Source: Candidatus Omnitrophota bacterium
GTDB lineage: Bacteria > Omnitrophota > Omnitrophia > Omnitrophales > Aquincolibacteriaceae
DNA length: 64,000 nucleotides
Assembly (NCBI GenBank): GCA_043803685.1
Contig: JAZDJU010000031.1
Span: forward strand, 32,001 to 96,000
Direction of reading: 5' to 3'
Under the pieces are notes generated by a model that had not been told where the DNA came from, searched no databases, and saw only the letters and a program-made list of their open reading frames with translations. Positions 42,009 to 53,254 of this stretch are shown one piece after another (position 1 is the first letter of the stretch; the number at the start of each line of letters is the position of its first letter). A program made the translations under genes and the position numbers.

Positions 42009-42692
42009 TCAGAGATTATTATGCAATAACAGATGATGACGCTCAAGCCAATGCTTGGCCTTCAGATAGTCCGGAGCCAAAGCTTTCACTTGGTGCCAGA
42101 ACGCTTGGGAGTGGTTCAGGATCTCGAGGTGGACAACTTCATGGACCACGACATAATCCACCACCTCCGGCGGAGCCATCATCAACCGCCAGCTGAAATT
42201 CAAAACCCCCTTGGAACTGCAGGATCCCCAACGCCTTTGCGCGTTCGAGATCGCGATCTCGGAATAACGAGCCCCAATCCTGTTGGCGTAATACCGAACC
42301 CGCTCGTTCATAAAAACCGCTGCCTGTTCCCGGTACCAGTCCCGGAAAATCCACCGGGCCAGGGACACACACCCCTCACGCAGAAAAAATCCTTTTCCAT
42401 TGAAGCTGAGAGCGCCGTACGTTCCCGGGACTATTAAAAGTTCGTATTCTTTCCCAAGATAAAGGAATTTTTCGCCCGCGGTGAAGGTTTTTGGCGCTGA
42501 GGGAAGATAATGTTCACGTGCAAAGTTTTGCCGCCGGAGGATCCACGGAAGTTTTTGCCGGACCAGTGCGTGAACCGTCTCAACCGGCATCCTGGGAGGC
42601 ACGCGAACGATCAGACGCGCATCCTGCGTCACCTGCAGACCGACCGTCCTGCGCTTCGAGCGAATGATCTCATGAATAAAAGGCTCTTCCAA
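42009..42692 (-). CDS. YgjP/DUF45 family metal-dependent hydrolase
   Basis: RSKRRT, RWGSCS and YVVVHEVVHL...NHS..FW motifs. Confidence 0.9.
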   Translation of the reverse strand: MEEPFIHEIIRSKRRTVGLQVTQDARLIVRVPPRMPVETVHALVRQKLPWILRRQNFAREHYLPSAPKTFTAGEKFLYLGKEYELLIVPGTYGALSFNGKGFFLREGCVSLARWIFRDWYREQAAVFMNERVRYYANRIGARYSEIAISNAQRRWGSCSSKGVLNFSWRLMMAPPEVVDYVVVHEVVHLEILNHSQAFWHQVKALAPDYLKAKHWLERHHLLLHNNL

Positions 42693-42708
42693 CGGATCTT
42701 ACTCCTCT

Positions 42709-43281
42709 TTAAGCGTAATTTTTACCGAGAGCGACGGTTTTTTCGCGAACACCAAGTTGCTTTCGAATATCGCCTGACTCCCCTGCGTTCGGCACGAGAA
42801 GGGACGCGTACGGCATCCCGGAATATTCCGCCGTCAGAACGAACGGCTTTTCCAGCGCCTCCAATCCGACATCTTCGTAGGCGCTCGCCAAGAGAACCAG
42901 CGTCTTTCCCTGAAGCACGGTCCGCATCGTCCCCGCGGTGTTGTCCCACTTGTAGAGCGAGAACATGCGATCGATCAGAACCTTAAGCTGGGCGCTCGCG
43001 GCAAAGAAATAAAGCGGGGTCGCCATCACGATCACATCCGCGCTCGCCATTTTTGAAAGAACGGGACGCGCTTCATCCTCGATCACGCATCCGTAGGCTT
43101 CCTCTTTCTGGCATGCGCGGCAGGATGTGCAACCCGGGAACTTATATTTAAGGAACGCTGTGTGAACGAGTTCGATATGAGCGTTTTGGGAAACCGCGCC
43201 TTCGGCGAACCACTCGATGAGAGCGGCTGTGTTCCCGTTCTTCTTCGGGCTTCCCGACAGGATCAGAATATTTTTCGGCAT
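42709..43281 (-). CDS. Iron-sulfur flavoprotein/flavodoxin family protein
   Basis: GSPKKNGNT, CTSCRAC...C, ATPLYF and LKVLIDR motifs. Confidence 0.88.
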   Translation of the reverse strand: MPKNILILSGSPKKNGNTAALIEWFAEGAVSQNAHIELVHTAFLKYKFPGCTSCRACQKEEAYGCVIEDEARPVLSKMASADVIVMATPLYFFAASAQLKVLIDRMFSLYKWDNTAGTMRTVLQGKTLVLLASAYEDVGLEALEKPFVLTAEYSGMPYASLLVPNAGESGDIRKQLGVREKTVALGKNYA

Positions 43282-43442
43282 GGGTCTGTTTTATAGCTGA
43301 TAGCTCATGGCATAGAGATAAAGGCGACTAACCGCCTAGAGTCTCTACTTCCACGGGAAAAGTTTCAAGAAATTTCTCAACGTCCCCGTCGCGGACCCCG
43401 GATGCCCCAGAAAACAGGATAAAAAAAACGGGAAAGGGTGCT

Positions 43443-43470
43443 TTGACTCCTCGGGGTTCTCTGATACAAT
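43443..43470 (+). promoter_or_regulatory. Promoter for tRNA-fMet
   Basis: TTGACT-N16-TACAAT with a TG extension. Confidence 0.6.
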
Positions 43471-43521
43471 ACGCCCTCTGCTGGAAGAAAATTCCGTTGA
43501 AATTATTTTAAGGATCGCCGT

Positions 43522-45188
<1,667 letters not shown>

Positions 45189-45192
<4 letters not shown>

Positions 45193-45467
45193 GATGACGG
45201 GCCTCCTTTCAGGCAGGGATCGAAAGCGCCAGCCCGGCGCTTTGATCGAGAAACGAATAATACACCTGCCGTCAAGCGGACGGAAGTCCCGTCATTTTTC
45301 TGTTTTGCGATCCAATGCCGGACCAGCCATTGCGCAAGAATAGCCAGTGAACTGCTCCGGGCATATCCCGGAAGCAGTTCGGGCATCTCAAAATCTTCGA
45401 TGGTCAGATCTCTGGATTTATCAGCTCTATCCCGATCCTTATGAGCCGGATGGATCAGAGACAGCAC
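45189..45467 (-). CDS. Small hypothetical protein coupled to the integrase
   Basis: GGAGG RBS; the stop overlaps the integrase ATG. Confidence 0.5.
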
Positions 45468-46263
45468 CTCCCTTTTTCAGACGTTTAAGCTTTGCTTCTT
45501 CCACAACCCTAAGGTATTCCGCCTCATTCGCGTAGAAACGTGGGCCGAGTTCTTCAGGGCCGCCCAAGCTGTGATCGCAATACCGGTAAGGAATAATCTT
45601 GTCACTGTCCTTGTCTGAAAATTCAGTCTCGATTTTTCGGTCAAACAGATCACTGATCGAAGCGAAATAGAAAAATCTTTCGCAATGTTCGAAATTCTGG
45701 AACCACTGGATCATAGTTCTCTTCCCCACAATAAACAGAGTGCCGTTATTGTCCTTGTAATGCATCCAGTTATTGTGAAACATCCGTTCGTAATAGCGCT
45801 TGTTCTTCAAAGTCCGTTCGACCTCCACAAGAAACGAGTAACGGTCTCCGGAGAAGATCATACCGTCCGGGACCTTCTGCCGTTTGGCCTCCTTTCGCAA
45901 GACCCGTTCCGAAGTCCATTCGAACCAGGCCTCTTCCATGATGATTCGAACTTCCGTGACCCAGACGTCATGTTCATAGGTCTTTAGATCCACGTTTCTG
46001 AGAGGCCTGAGCCCGCTCGACAGATTCAGACTTTTCAAATACTTGACTCCCGAAGACGTTGTCAGATAAAGCGTCTCATGAGAAACCCGCGGCTTCACAG
46101 CTCTCAGATAGCCATGCTTCATCAGCAGATTCACCCTTCGCGCCGGAACCTTGTAAACGTTGCCGCTTTCAGGAAAGAACCTCTTTGCGATTTGCCGCAG
46201 AAGCAGAAACTTCTGCTCGAGGCACATCTTCAGGATCTCCGTATCCCTCTCGGTGATGATCAT
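45439..46263 (-). CDS. Replication-relaxation family protein
   Basis: ITERDTEIL winged-helix start; YLT..G, HDVWV, PDG and VEVERT (PD-(D/E)xK-like) motifs. Confidence 0.78.
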   Translation of the reverse strand: MIITERDTEILKMCLEQKFLLLRQIAKRFFPESGNVYKVPARRVNLLMKHGYLRAVKPRVSHETLYLTTSSGVKYLKSLNLSSGLRPLRNVDLKTYEHDVWVTEVRIIMEEAWFEWTSERVLRKEAKRQKVPDGMIFSGDRYSFLVEVERTLKNKRYYERMFHNNWMHYKDNNGTLFIVGKRTMIQWFQNFEHCERFFYFASISDLFDRKIETEFSDKDSDKIIPYRYCDHSLGGPEELGPRFYANEAEYLRVVEEAKLKRLKKGGAVSDPSGS

Positions 46264-46441
46264 GTTTGCTCACTTTCATTCGCTTGAATGGTGGAACTCA
46301 TCCGGTCACTTCGGGATATGGACCACAATCCATGTCCTTCAGTCCCGGATTCTCTCGGTCTCGATACCTCTTGGGCTTCAGCGCCGTGTTAGCAACCAGG
46401 TTCTGGACTGGTCTTTGTTTTATTTATAATTCCAAATACTC

Positions 46442-46788
46442 CTCATGGGACATTGAGTTAAAGAGGGGCCGTTCAATGTTTTCGAACATTCCTAAGCTAG
46501 AAATAAATTTTCACGAACATCGATCAGATCCATTTAACCTGTCCGAGAGACCTCGAAATTGCCGAAAACCGTTCGGCAATAAAAACATCCACTTCCCAAA
46601 CAGGCCTCTCATGGGAGGTCGAGTTACGACATGGGCATTCACACCAAACGAACCTTTTTAAGCTAGAAATAATTTTTTCAGTGGTTTTCTCGTCATTTAT
46701 GCCTCGTCTGCCCTGCTCGTCCCCTCATGGTAGTGCCGTTTACGACGTGCCTGTTCATCCTTTGGGAAGGTTTTTAAGCTTGAAATAA
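46442..46788. repeat. Three degenerate 65-bp direct repeats
   Basis: ctcatgg...ttca...taagct(a/t)gaaataa at 46442-46506, 46608-46672 and 46724-46788. Confidence 0.75.
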
Positions 46789-46900
46789 AATTTATCGCAT
46801 GGCAGCTGCCGCACGGGTAAGAGCCCCGGAGCAAGTTAAGCTCATGGGAAAGATTCAAAAGATATATCTTCTTGGAAAACAGAAGTCAGGACCATTCAGA

Positions 46901-47085
46901 TCCAGCCCAGACCCACCCCAACAGCTTGCCCGAAGCCCGCCACAGTGCAGCCGACCACTCCCTTTCGATCTCAGGATGAAGAAAGGGAGTGGTCGGGTGC
47001 ATGCAACAAGGGCGAAGGGCAAGCTCCGATTGAAGTTAAGTGGGGCTGGACTGGTGGAATCGTCTCCCTCACCTCATTCCACCAG
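46901..47085. other. Long nested hairpin plus a second hairpin (candidate ssDNA origin or ncRNA)
   Basis: tccagccc/gggctgga, agcttgccc/gggcaagct and ccgaccactcccttt/aaagggagtggtcgg stems; ctggtggaat/attccaccag. Confidence 0.7.
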
Positions 47086-47116
47086 ATCGAGAGGGCGCGT
47101 CGGCCGCGTGTTTTAA

Positions 47117-47247
47117 TCTATTTCCTGTTAATTGCTTCCGGGGCAATTAAGGCGAAATACAATGATCAAATAATGCTTTACAGGCTAGTCGGCTAGCTTT
47201 ATTCTATTTCACGTAAATTGCCTTTGGCGCAATTAAGGAGAAATAGA
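47117..47247 (+). promoter_or_regulatory. Two palindromic operators upstream of abiE
   Basis: tctatttc...aattgc-N7-gcaattaagg.gaaata at 47117-47160 and 47203-47247. Confidence 0.7.
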
Positions 47248-48054
47248 ATGAAGTTAATCGGAAGCAAGTTGGGGCGGCTGGAAGCCCAATTTTTCGCCTA
47301 CACCCAGTTTAAACGGAAACAAACGGTCCGTTGCGGGGAGATCGCTATGGCTCTCGGGATCACCCCCAAGCAAGAGTTGGAACTTCTAAGCCGGATGGCC
47401 CGAAGCAGGTGGATCACGCGTATCCGCCGTGGGTTTTACGCTGTCCCTGACCGTCTTCCCCCCGGTGGCAAGTGGACGCCGGGAGAATATCGGGCGTTAT
47501 CTCTGCTGATGGAAGACCGGAAAGCCCGCTATCAGATCAGCGGACCCAGAGCGTTCAATTTTTACGGGTTTGATGATCAAATGCCGAACTGGATCGTTGT
47601 TTATAACGACAGAATCTCCGGAGAACGGAAAATGGGAGGCCTTCGTTTTATTTTCATCAAGATCCCGACCTCTCGTCTCGGGGATGTTCATTCGTTCCGG
47701 GCCGGTGACGGAGCGCCCGCCATTTACTCTTCCAAGGCGCGAACCCTGATCGACGCGATTTATGACTGGTCCCGCTTTAACGGCATCCCGCGCGCCTTTC
47801 TCTGGATTCGTAAAACCGTAGCCGAAGATCCAAAAATGGCCGATAAGCTTGTGCGTTCTGCGCTTAAATACGGCAATCAGGGAACACTACGGCGGCTCGG
47901 GTTCGTTTTGTCTTGCTTGAATGTTAAAAAACAGCTTCTGAATCGGCTGTTTCGGGCTATCCGGCCTTCTAAATCCTTGATACCGCTTGTTCCCACCGCG
48001 CCGGTCCGGGGCAAAATTGACTCCGTATGGGGGCTTACGATCAATGAATCCTGA
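47248..48054 (+). CDS. abiEi: Type IV TA antitoxin, AbiEi family
   Basis: N-terminal winged HTH (RIRRGFY), AFNFYGF..QMP and RTLID motifs; coupled to a nucleotidyltransferase. Confidence 0.85.
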   Translation: MKLIGSKLGRLEAQFFAYTQFKRKQTVRCGEIAMALGITPKQELELLSRMARSRWITRIRRGFYAVPDRLPPGGKWTPGEYRALSLLMEDRKARYQISGPRAFNFYGFDDQMPNWIVVYNDRISGERKMGGLRFIFIKIPTSRLGDVHSFRAGDGAPAIYSSKARTLIDAIYDWSRFNGIPRAFLWIRKTVAEDPKMADKLVRSALKYGNQGTLRRLGFVLSCLNVKKQLLNRLFRAIRPSKSLIPLVPTAPVRGKIDSVWGLTINES

Positions 48055-48913
48055 AACTTCGAAAATAGATCCCGAAACTCTTTTGCTAATGATCCGAACG
48101 ACCGCGGAGCGGACGGGATTTGACGCACGGCTTGTTGAAAAAGATTATTATTGTTCCCTTCTTCTACAGGGCTTGAATGTGGAGAAAAACAGCCTGATTT
48201 TTAAGGGAGGCACTTGTATCAGCAAGGTTTTCTCTGATTTTTACCGTTTAAGTGAAGATCTGGATTTTTGTATCTCCATAGCGCCCAGTGATACGAGAAC
48301 CGTTCGCCGAAAGAAAATTGATCCTTTTAAAAGATCCGTGGCCGGCCTTCCGGAGAATGTCTCCGGGGTTCGTATTTTGGAGGCACTCACAGGCCGTAAT
48401 GTATCAACTCAATATGTCGCGTTGATCGGCTACGCCTCCGTGATTAGTGGCCGCGAGGAAACCGTTAAGCTGGAAATCGGCGTTCGAGAGCCTCTGATGT
48501 TGCCTTTTGAAAGTCGGCTGGCGCTGACTCTTCTGAAAGATCCATTCTCTGGCAAGGAAGTGTTGCCGCCGTTCCCGATAACGGTGATCAATGAACAGGA
48601 AGCGTGGGCTGAAAAGACCCGCGCGGCACTGGCCCGCTTGGCGCCCGCCATTCGCGATTTTTTTGACCTGGATTATGCAATCCGGAACAAAAAAGCGGCT
48701 ATAGAAAACGAAGAATTTCTTGCGCTGGTCCAGCGAAAAATAGCGGTTCCGGGAACAGGTCCCGTCAATCTCTCAAAAGAAAGGCGGGAGGAACTTGTCC
48801 GTCAGGTCAGCACTGAACTGCGCCCTGTCCTTCGCGGCCGGGATTTTGAGAAATTCAACCTCGACCGGGTCTGGGAAACTTTGACCGCGTTGGCCGAAAA
48901 ACTTCATGGATAA
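48044..48913 (+). CDS. abiEii: AbiEii/AbiGii family nucleotidyltransferase toxin
   Basis: VEKDYY, FKGGTCISK, RLSEDLDF, EK..A and RDFFD motifs. Confidence 0.92.
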   Translation: MNPETSKIDPETLLLMIRTTAERTGFDARLVEKDYYCSLLLQGLNVEKNSLIFKGGTCISKVFSDFYRLSEDLDFCISIAPSDTRTVRRKKIDPFKRSVAGLPENVSGVRILEALTGRNVSTQYVALIGYASVISGREETVKLEIGVREPLMLPFESRLALTLLKDPFSGKEVLPPFPITVINEQEAWAEKTRAALARLAPAIRDFFDLDYAIRNKKAAIENEEFLALVQRKIAVPGTGPVNLSKERREELVRQVSTELRPVLRGRDFEKFNLDRVWETLTALAEKLHG

Positions 48914-48943
48914 TACTGTTCGCGACAATAGAGGATTGCGATC

Positions 48944-49210
48944 ATGCAAAAGGAAAAAGAGGCGGCCTTAGCCGTCCTTTCGAGACATTGGAAGAAAAGA
49001 CAGTTTGATGATGGAATGACCGGAGAGGAGATTCTCGGTGTCCTCCAAAAGCTCGGGGTCAATCCCGGTAAGTTTTGGGAGAAGTTGGGAATAAATACCT
49101 GCGCTGTGGATAAGAAAACCAAAAAGGTTTTGCATTACCATTGTGACATCGAAACGGCACTGAAATGTTGCATTGAAAATAGAGAAAAATCTCTTGCGGA
49201 ATGGGACTAA
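48944..49210 (+). CDS. Hypothetical protein
   Basis: GAGG RBS; open frame directly downstream of abiEii. Confidence 0.6.
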   Translation: MQKEKEAALAVLSRHWKKRQFDDGMTGEEILGVLQKLGVNPGKFWEKLGINTCAVDKKTKKVLHYHCDIETALKCCIENREKSLAEWD

Positions 49211-49274
49211 AGTTTAAATTATTGTTCCGTTTGTGGAATCAAAAGATCCAGAAAGAAATCAAGGGGAGGCGATT

Positions 49275-49478
49275 ATGCCGAAAGCCACACTGACTTTTAA
49301 TCTTCCGGACGAGGACGGTGCTTTTAAGATGGCACAACGCGGCGGCGATTACTATGGCGCCTTGATGGAGATCAGCAGGGTTTTTCGAGAACATCGGAAG
49401 TATGACAAACCGATGCAGGAGTGCTGGGACGAGATTGATTCAATCGTGCACGAGGCCAAGCTCGATGATATTGAGTGA
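49275..49478 (+). CDS. Small phage-like hypothetical protein
   Basis: GGAGG RBS; MPKATLTFNLPDE start resembles small phage proteins. Confidence 0.6.
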   Translation: MPKATLTFNLPDEDGAFKMAQRGGDYYGALMEISRVFREHRKYDKPMQECWDEIDSIVHEAKLDDIE

Positions 49479-49800
49479 TGCCGTACTTTTGCGCCTGAAT
49501 AAGCAGCTTGGAAGTCTGGAATAGCATGAAAAACAGCTGGCAAAAGTTTTGCTCGCATGAACGACGCGAATGGTATCCTAAGTCTCGGAATGGTATATCA
49601 AATGGGATGCTCTCAACGCACGCACCCCAAGCGTGCCTACAGCCAATTTTTGTAACGCACCCCATTTAAACGACTTACGACATTAACCCCTACTGCCATA
49701 TTCAGATGCGTTTAGCATATCTTAGTATCCGTTAGTATCCGGTTGCATCTGGTTGTATCGAAATTAGCTTAATTCTAGCATAGGCGGCGGCTTGATTTTT

Positions 49801-52800
49801 CTATGGCCGGACATCGAAAGCGATCGGGCCTCGTGAGGAAAAGCCTAATTCAAAGCGCACCATTAGCCCAGGCCTAAGCATCTGCCTATTGTTCTGAGAC
49901 CGAGGGTCAAAGAAAATTCCTTCAAGCCAACCTGGTATGTTGTGCCCGTGGATATCTCCCTGTTTTTCGGTTAGAACACCAGAAATAGTCCCCCGAAATG
50001 TTCTTCGCGCGCCAGCCTCCATCCAGAATAATTGCACTCTCCTCTGGAGATATCGCGGAGCATTTCTATGCGACTGACTAAATAATCTTTTTGCTTCTTT
50101 AAAGTTTTCGTTCGAGGCATAGATTACGGCCATTTGGAATGTCGATTTCCATGCGGGGCGAAAATCAGCTCTCTCTGTCAGCAATCTCACTAAATCATGA
50201 AGCTTCTTATAATCCGGAGATTTGTTTAAAAGATCGAGTTCTATTTTTAATCTGAGAGCCGAGGTTGGGGCTATTTTTACTCCCAAAGACACATCTAGAT
50301 ATTGATTGGCCTTGACCACATCCGAATTTTTATAATATTCAATTGCTGCAAGGGTATAGTAACCAAGCCCGTTCCCTTGACCTAAAAGCACTCGCGCTTT
50401 CTCTTCAGCATCCTCTATTGATATTTCGAGAAGTAATTCGATTTGCAGAGCCTTCAGCCTATCTTCAGTCTCTGGATCATCAATATGATTCTCAAGCCCC
50501 TCAATCACAATGTCCAGAGCCTCACTAATCAACGCGATCTTGGAAGTATCATCCGCCGCTTGCTTGGCAAGCTCTTTTAATATCCTCGCGTGCACATCAT
50601 AGGCATGAGCATTGAAGTAAGGCGTTGCACCTCTTTCTTGCGCTCGCGCGGCATCTAGCATTGAAAAGATTTCTTCCATGGCAGGAGATTTTCGTGTAAG
50701 AGCCTGATGATTTTTTTTCTGTTGGCTCCACTTGACGTTTGCGAGCGTCGTAAGAATATTACTCTGTCTCTCCACCAAAGCATAAGACTTCTCCGGCTCC
50801 CGAAGAGCCTCTTCCAAAATGGGAACGATCCTGGGATCCTCAGGGTTACCGATGGAGTAAAACCTGGCTAAGTGATGCAGAATAGGACGTGCTGGGTGAC
50901 ATGATTTGAGGGCCAGCAATGCCTTTTCTAAACCAGATTCGGAAAAAGGAAGGCCTTTTTTTCGGAACGCATTCACGCCATTTGCTATCAGAATAGAGCC
51001 AGCAAGTTCGGCTTCAATCGTGAGTCTGAGATCAAGACTTTGGGCGATGCATATTAACACCGCATCCATTACATCTTTGCCAAGAATGGTGCAAATTCGT
51101 TTTGCGATCAAAGGATGGTAGATCGAAAGTAATATATTAAGCCTACTATCGATGCTGTCCTTTATAAAGACACCCGCCATATCCCTAACTAAGGAATAAA
51201 TGTCCGAATAGGAAATATCTTTTCCGCTAAGTCTGTTGACGCTATCGCGAAGAACGGAAATTGGCATCTCTAATTCAAGCGAAGATGCTAAGGCGCATAT
51301 TGCGACCGCATTCTGAGACTCTGAGTCAGCCAGTTGAGCAAATTGTTCCTCGACAATTTTATTGATAGATCTTTTTGTTGGGTCTAGCGTTCTGTAAACA
51401 ATCGCAAGAAACATTTTTTCATCAGAAATGATGCCCTCTATTTCCGACCGGTCTATTGAGATAAAACCGTGTCGCCTAATAGCATCCATTAAATAATCAG
51501 TAATCGCGGTTTTTTGGGTGGAAGGCAAGTCAACATCCGTATTAATTATCACGCGCTTAAAACCTTTGATTAAGCTTAGTTCGATTTGGGAAGGGTCTGT
51601 GTCTTCATACACAAATGCGGCCACTAAATGTTTGCTGTTCTTGCAAAGACTCAGAAATTGGTTTATCGCCAACTCACTAGCCTGGGTTTTAGACCAAAAG
51701 ACAAATAGTTTCGGAGGAGCAATGCCTGCAGAAACTGCCGATTTATTGACCCCTTCAACAAAATGGCTGAATTCCTCAGCCGCAGGTATAGGTCTTACCG
51801 CGTAATTAGATACCTGAATAGCAACGGCTCTGTGCTCATAAACCAATCTTTGAATAGCTGCCATAATTGCGAATGTTCTTCCCGAGCCGGGGCTTCCGAC
51901 CACGGATACCAGCTTTGACTCTGTCGGATCTTTGAGAGAAGAGTTATCAAGCACTGCGTTAACAATGGCGTCAATTTCCCCCCTCTTGAAATGCCAGCCT
52001 TGGACAAACGGGTAAAAACTTTCCGTTTGCCCCTTCAGAAATGAATTGGCATTAACACTTTCGCGAAAGTTCTCCGACAATACTGGATTGTACCGAGACA
52101 AGAAGTTTGAAATTTCAACCGACTTAATAGGCACCACGTCTGCACCCAACTGAAGACCTTTAAGAGAAAAATCATTTGGATTATGGAGTTTTACCTGCTC
52201 GGAAATCTGGCTGGAGAAATCTTTTAAATCTTGTACGATGCACTGAACTTTTAACGACTCAAATAAATAGGCTTTTTCCTCGGAAGGCTTATCTTTGAAT
52301 AAAGCATAGTGCGTATTTGATGGGTTACCCAAGATCTTATTTAGTTTTTCAAGAATCTTAATAAAAATACCATCATCAAAAGAATATCCGACAAATAAAA
52401 ACGAGAGATTAGCCGCATGTCTCTCTAATAAGTCAAAAAGTTGCGCTCTGCTTGTTTCCGCCAGCGAAAGATCGCCTTGATCGAGCACCATTGCGCCTAG
52501 TTGTCCTGGAAGAGCATCGACACTTCCCATCAGTTTGACGCAAAGCAGTTCCGAATTAATGCCAGTCAGAGCGAATTCATCCCCCTTAAAAACTTTCCTG
52601 ACTGCTTTCTTCTGGTTTTCAGCAAGTGCGTTCTCGAGACCCGTGTCATAGTTTGTAGTAAAAGCCGTAAACCAAGGGAGAGCAGCTAATTTATTTACAG
52701 GCGGAATGACCTTAGCATCTTTCAGTCTTTCCTGAACAGCTCGGTACGTTACGTCATAACCATTTTTCTTGCAGAGATCACCTACGATTTGGAAAGTATC

Positions 52801-52998
52801 CTTAAGGGGGCTTGTATATTTGAATTTTTTTATTAGATATTCAACCAGCTGACTCCACGTAGCTCCGCCACTATCCACCGTTAAGCCCGCACCAGCAAAA
52901 ATAACACAACGTTGCTGGGCTATCGCGACGGATAGTCTTTTGATTTCATTCGAAACCGCACCCGCTTCGGGAGAAATCGAACGTTTGCTGTCACTCAT
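49801..52998 (-). CDS. SIR2-like domain + P-loop NTPase + helical repeats + C-terminal OB/cold-shock-like domain (putative anti-phage protein)
   Basis: IFAGAG, FTTNYD, FLFVGYSFDD, GSPGSGRT and HPLIA motifs; C-terminal VRFELGFSSRGPIAFDV; AT-richer than the host genes. Confidence 0.82.
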   Translation of the reverse strand: MSDSKRSISPEAGAVSNEIKRLSVAIAQQRCVIFAGAGLTVDSGGATWSQLVEYLIKKFKYTSPLKDTFQIVGDLCKKNGYDVTYRAVQERLKDAKVIPPVNKLAALPWFTAFTTNYDTGLENALAENQKKAVRKVFKGDEFALTGINSELLCVKLMGSVDALPGQLGAMVLDQGDLSLAETSRAQLFDLLERHAANLSFLFVGYSFDDGIFIKILEKLNKILGNPSNTHYALFKDKPSEEKAYLFESLKVQCIVQDLKDFSSQISEQVKLHNPNDFSLKGLQLGADVVPIKSVEISNFLSRYNPVLSENFRESVNANSFLKGQTESFYPFVQGWHFKRGEIDAIVNAVLDNSSLKDPTESKLVSVVGSPGSGRTFAIMAAIQRLVYEHRAVAIQVSNYAVRPIPAAEEFSHFVEGVNKSAVSAGIAPPKLFVFWSKTQASELAINQFLSLCKNSKHLVAAFVYEDTDPSQIELSLIKGFKRVIINTDVDLPSTQKTAITDYLMDAIRRHGFISIDRSEIEGIISDEKMFLAIVYRTLDPTKRSINKIVEEQFAQLADSESQNAVAICALASSLELEMPISVLRDSVNRLSGKDISYSDIYSLVRDMAGVFIKDSIDSRLNILLSIYHPLIAKRICTILGKDVMDAVLICIAQSLDLRLTIEAELAGSILIANGVNAFRKKGLPFSESGLEKALLALKSCHPARPILHHLARFYSIGNPEDPRIVPILEEALREPEKSYALVERQSNILTTLANVKWSQQKKNHQALTRKSPAMEEIFSMLDAARAQERGATPYFNAHAYDVHARILKELAKQAADDTSKIALISEALDIVIEGLENHIDDPETEDRLKALQIELLLEISIEDAEEKARVLLGQGNGLGYYTLAAIEYYKNSDVVKANQYLDVSLGVKIAPTSALRLKIELDLLNKSPDYKKLHDLVRLLTERADFRPAWKSTFQMAVIYASNENFKEAKRLFSQSHRNAPRYLQRRVQLFWMEAGARRTFRGTISGVLTEKQGDIHGHNIPGWLEGIFFDPRSQNNRQMLRPGLMVRFELGFSSRGPIAFDVRP

Positions 52999-53254
52999 AG
53001 GTCTACACTAAATTCCTTTAGACAAAGATTTTCCGACATCCCAAGTGCGTACCTTTGTCATATTTTTATAGAAACGGATCACTAACTGGGTAATTATACC
53101 CCCGTCGGAATGGACTGGCTAGGCAAGTTTCCATGACCGTCTGATTCGTTCTTTAAGAGTCAAACACACGCACCCTAAGTGGGTGTTCTACTCACGAGAA
53201 TTTCTGGCTTTGATTGGAATTTTATTTTATTATGATTTTTCATGTGTGGTGTTT

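Noticed and set aside
46659..46790. ttttaagctagaaata resembles the Cas9 sgRNA scaffold start
   Set aside because: Short AT-rich match, no anti-repeat stem and no cas genes; the GAAA loop of sgRNA is engineered.
49613..53179. Weak ~20-bp direct repeat (tcaacgcacgcaccccaag / tcaaacacacgcaccctaag) flanking the SIR2 gene
   Set aside because: Too short and degenerate to support a cassette boundary without comparative data.
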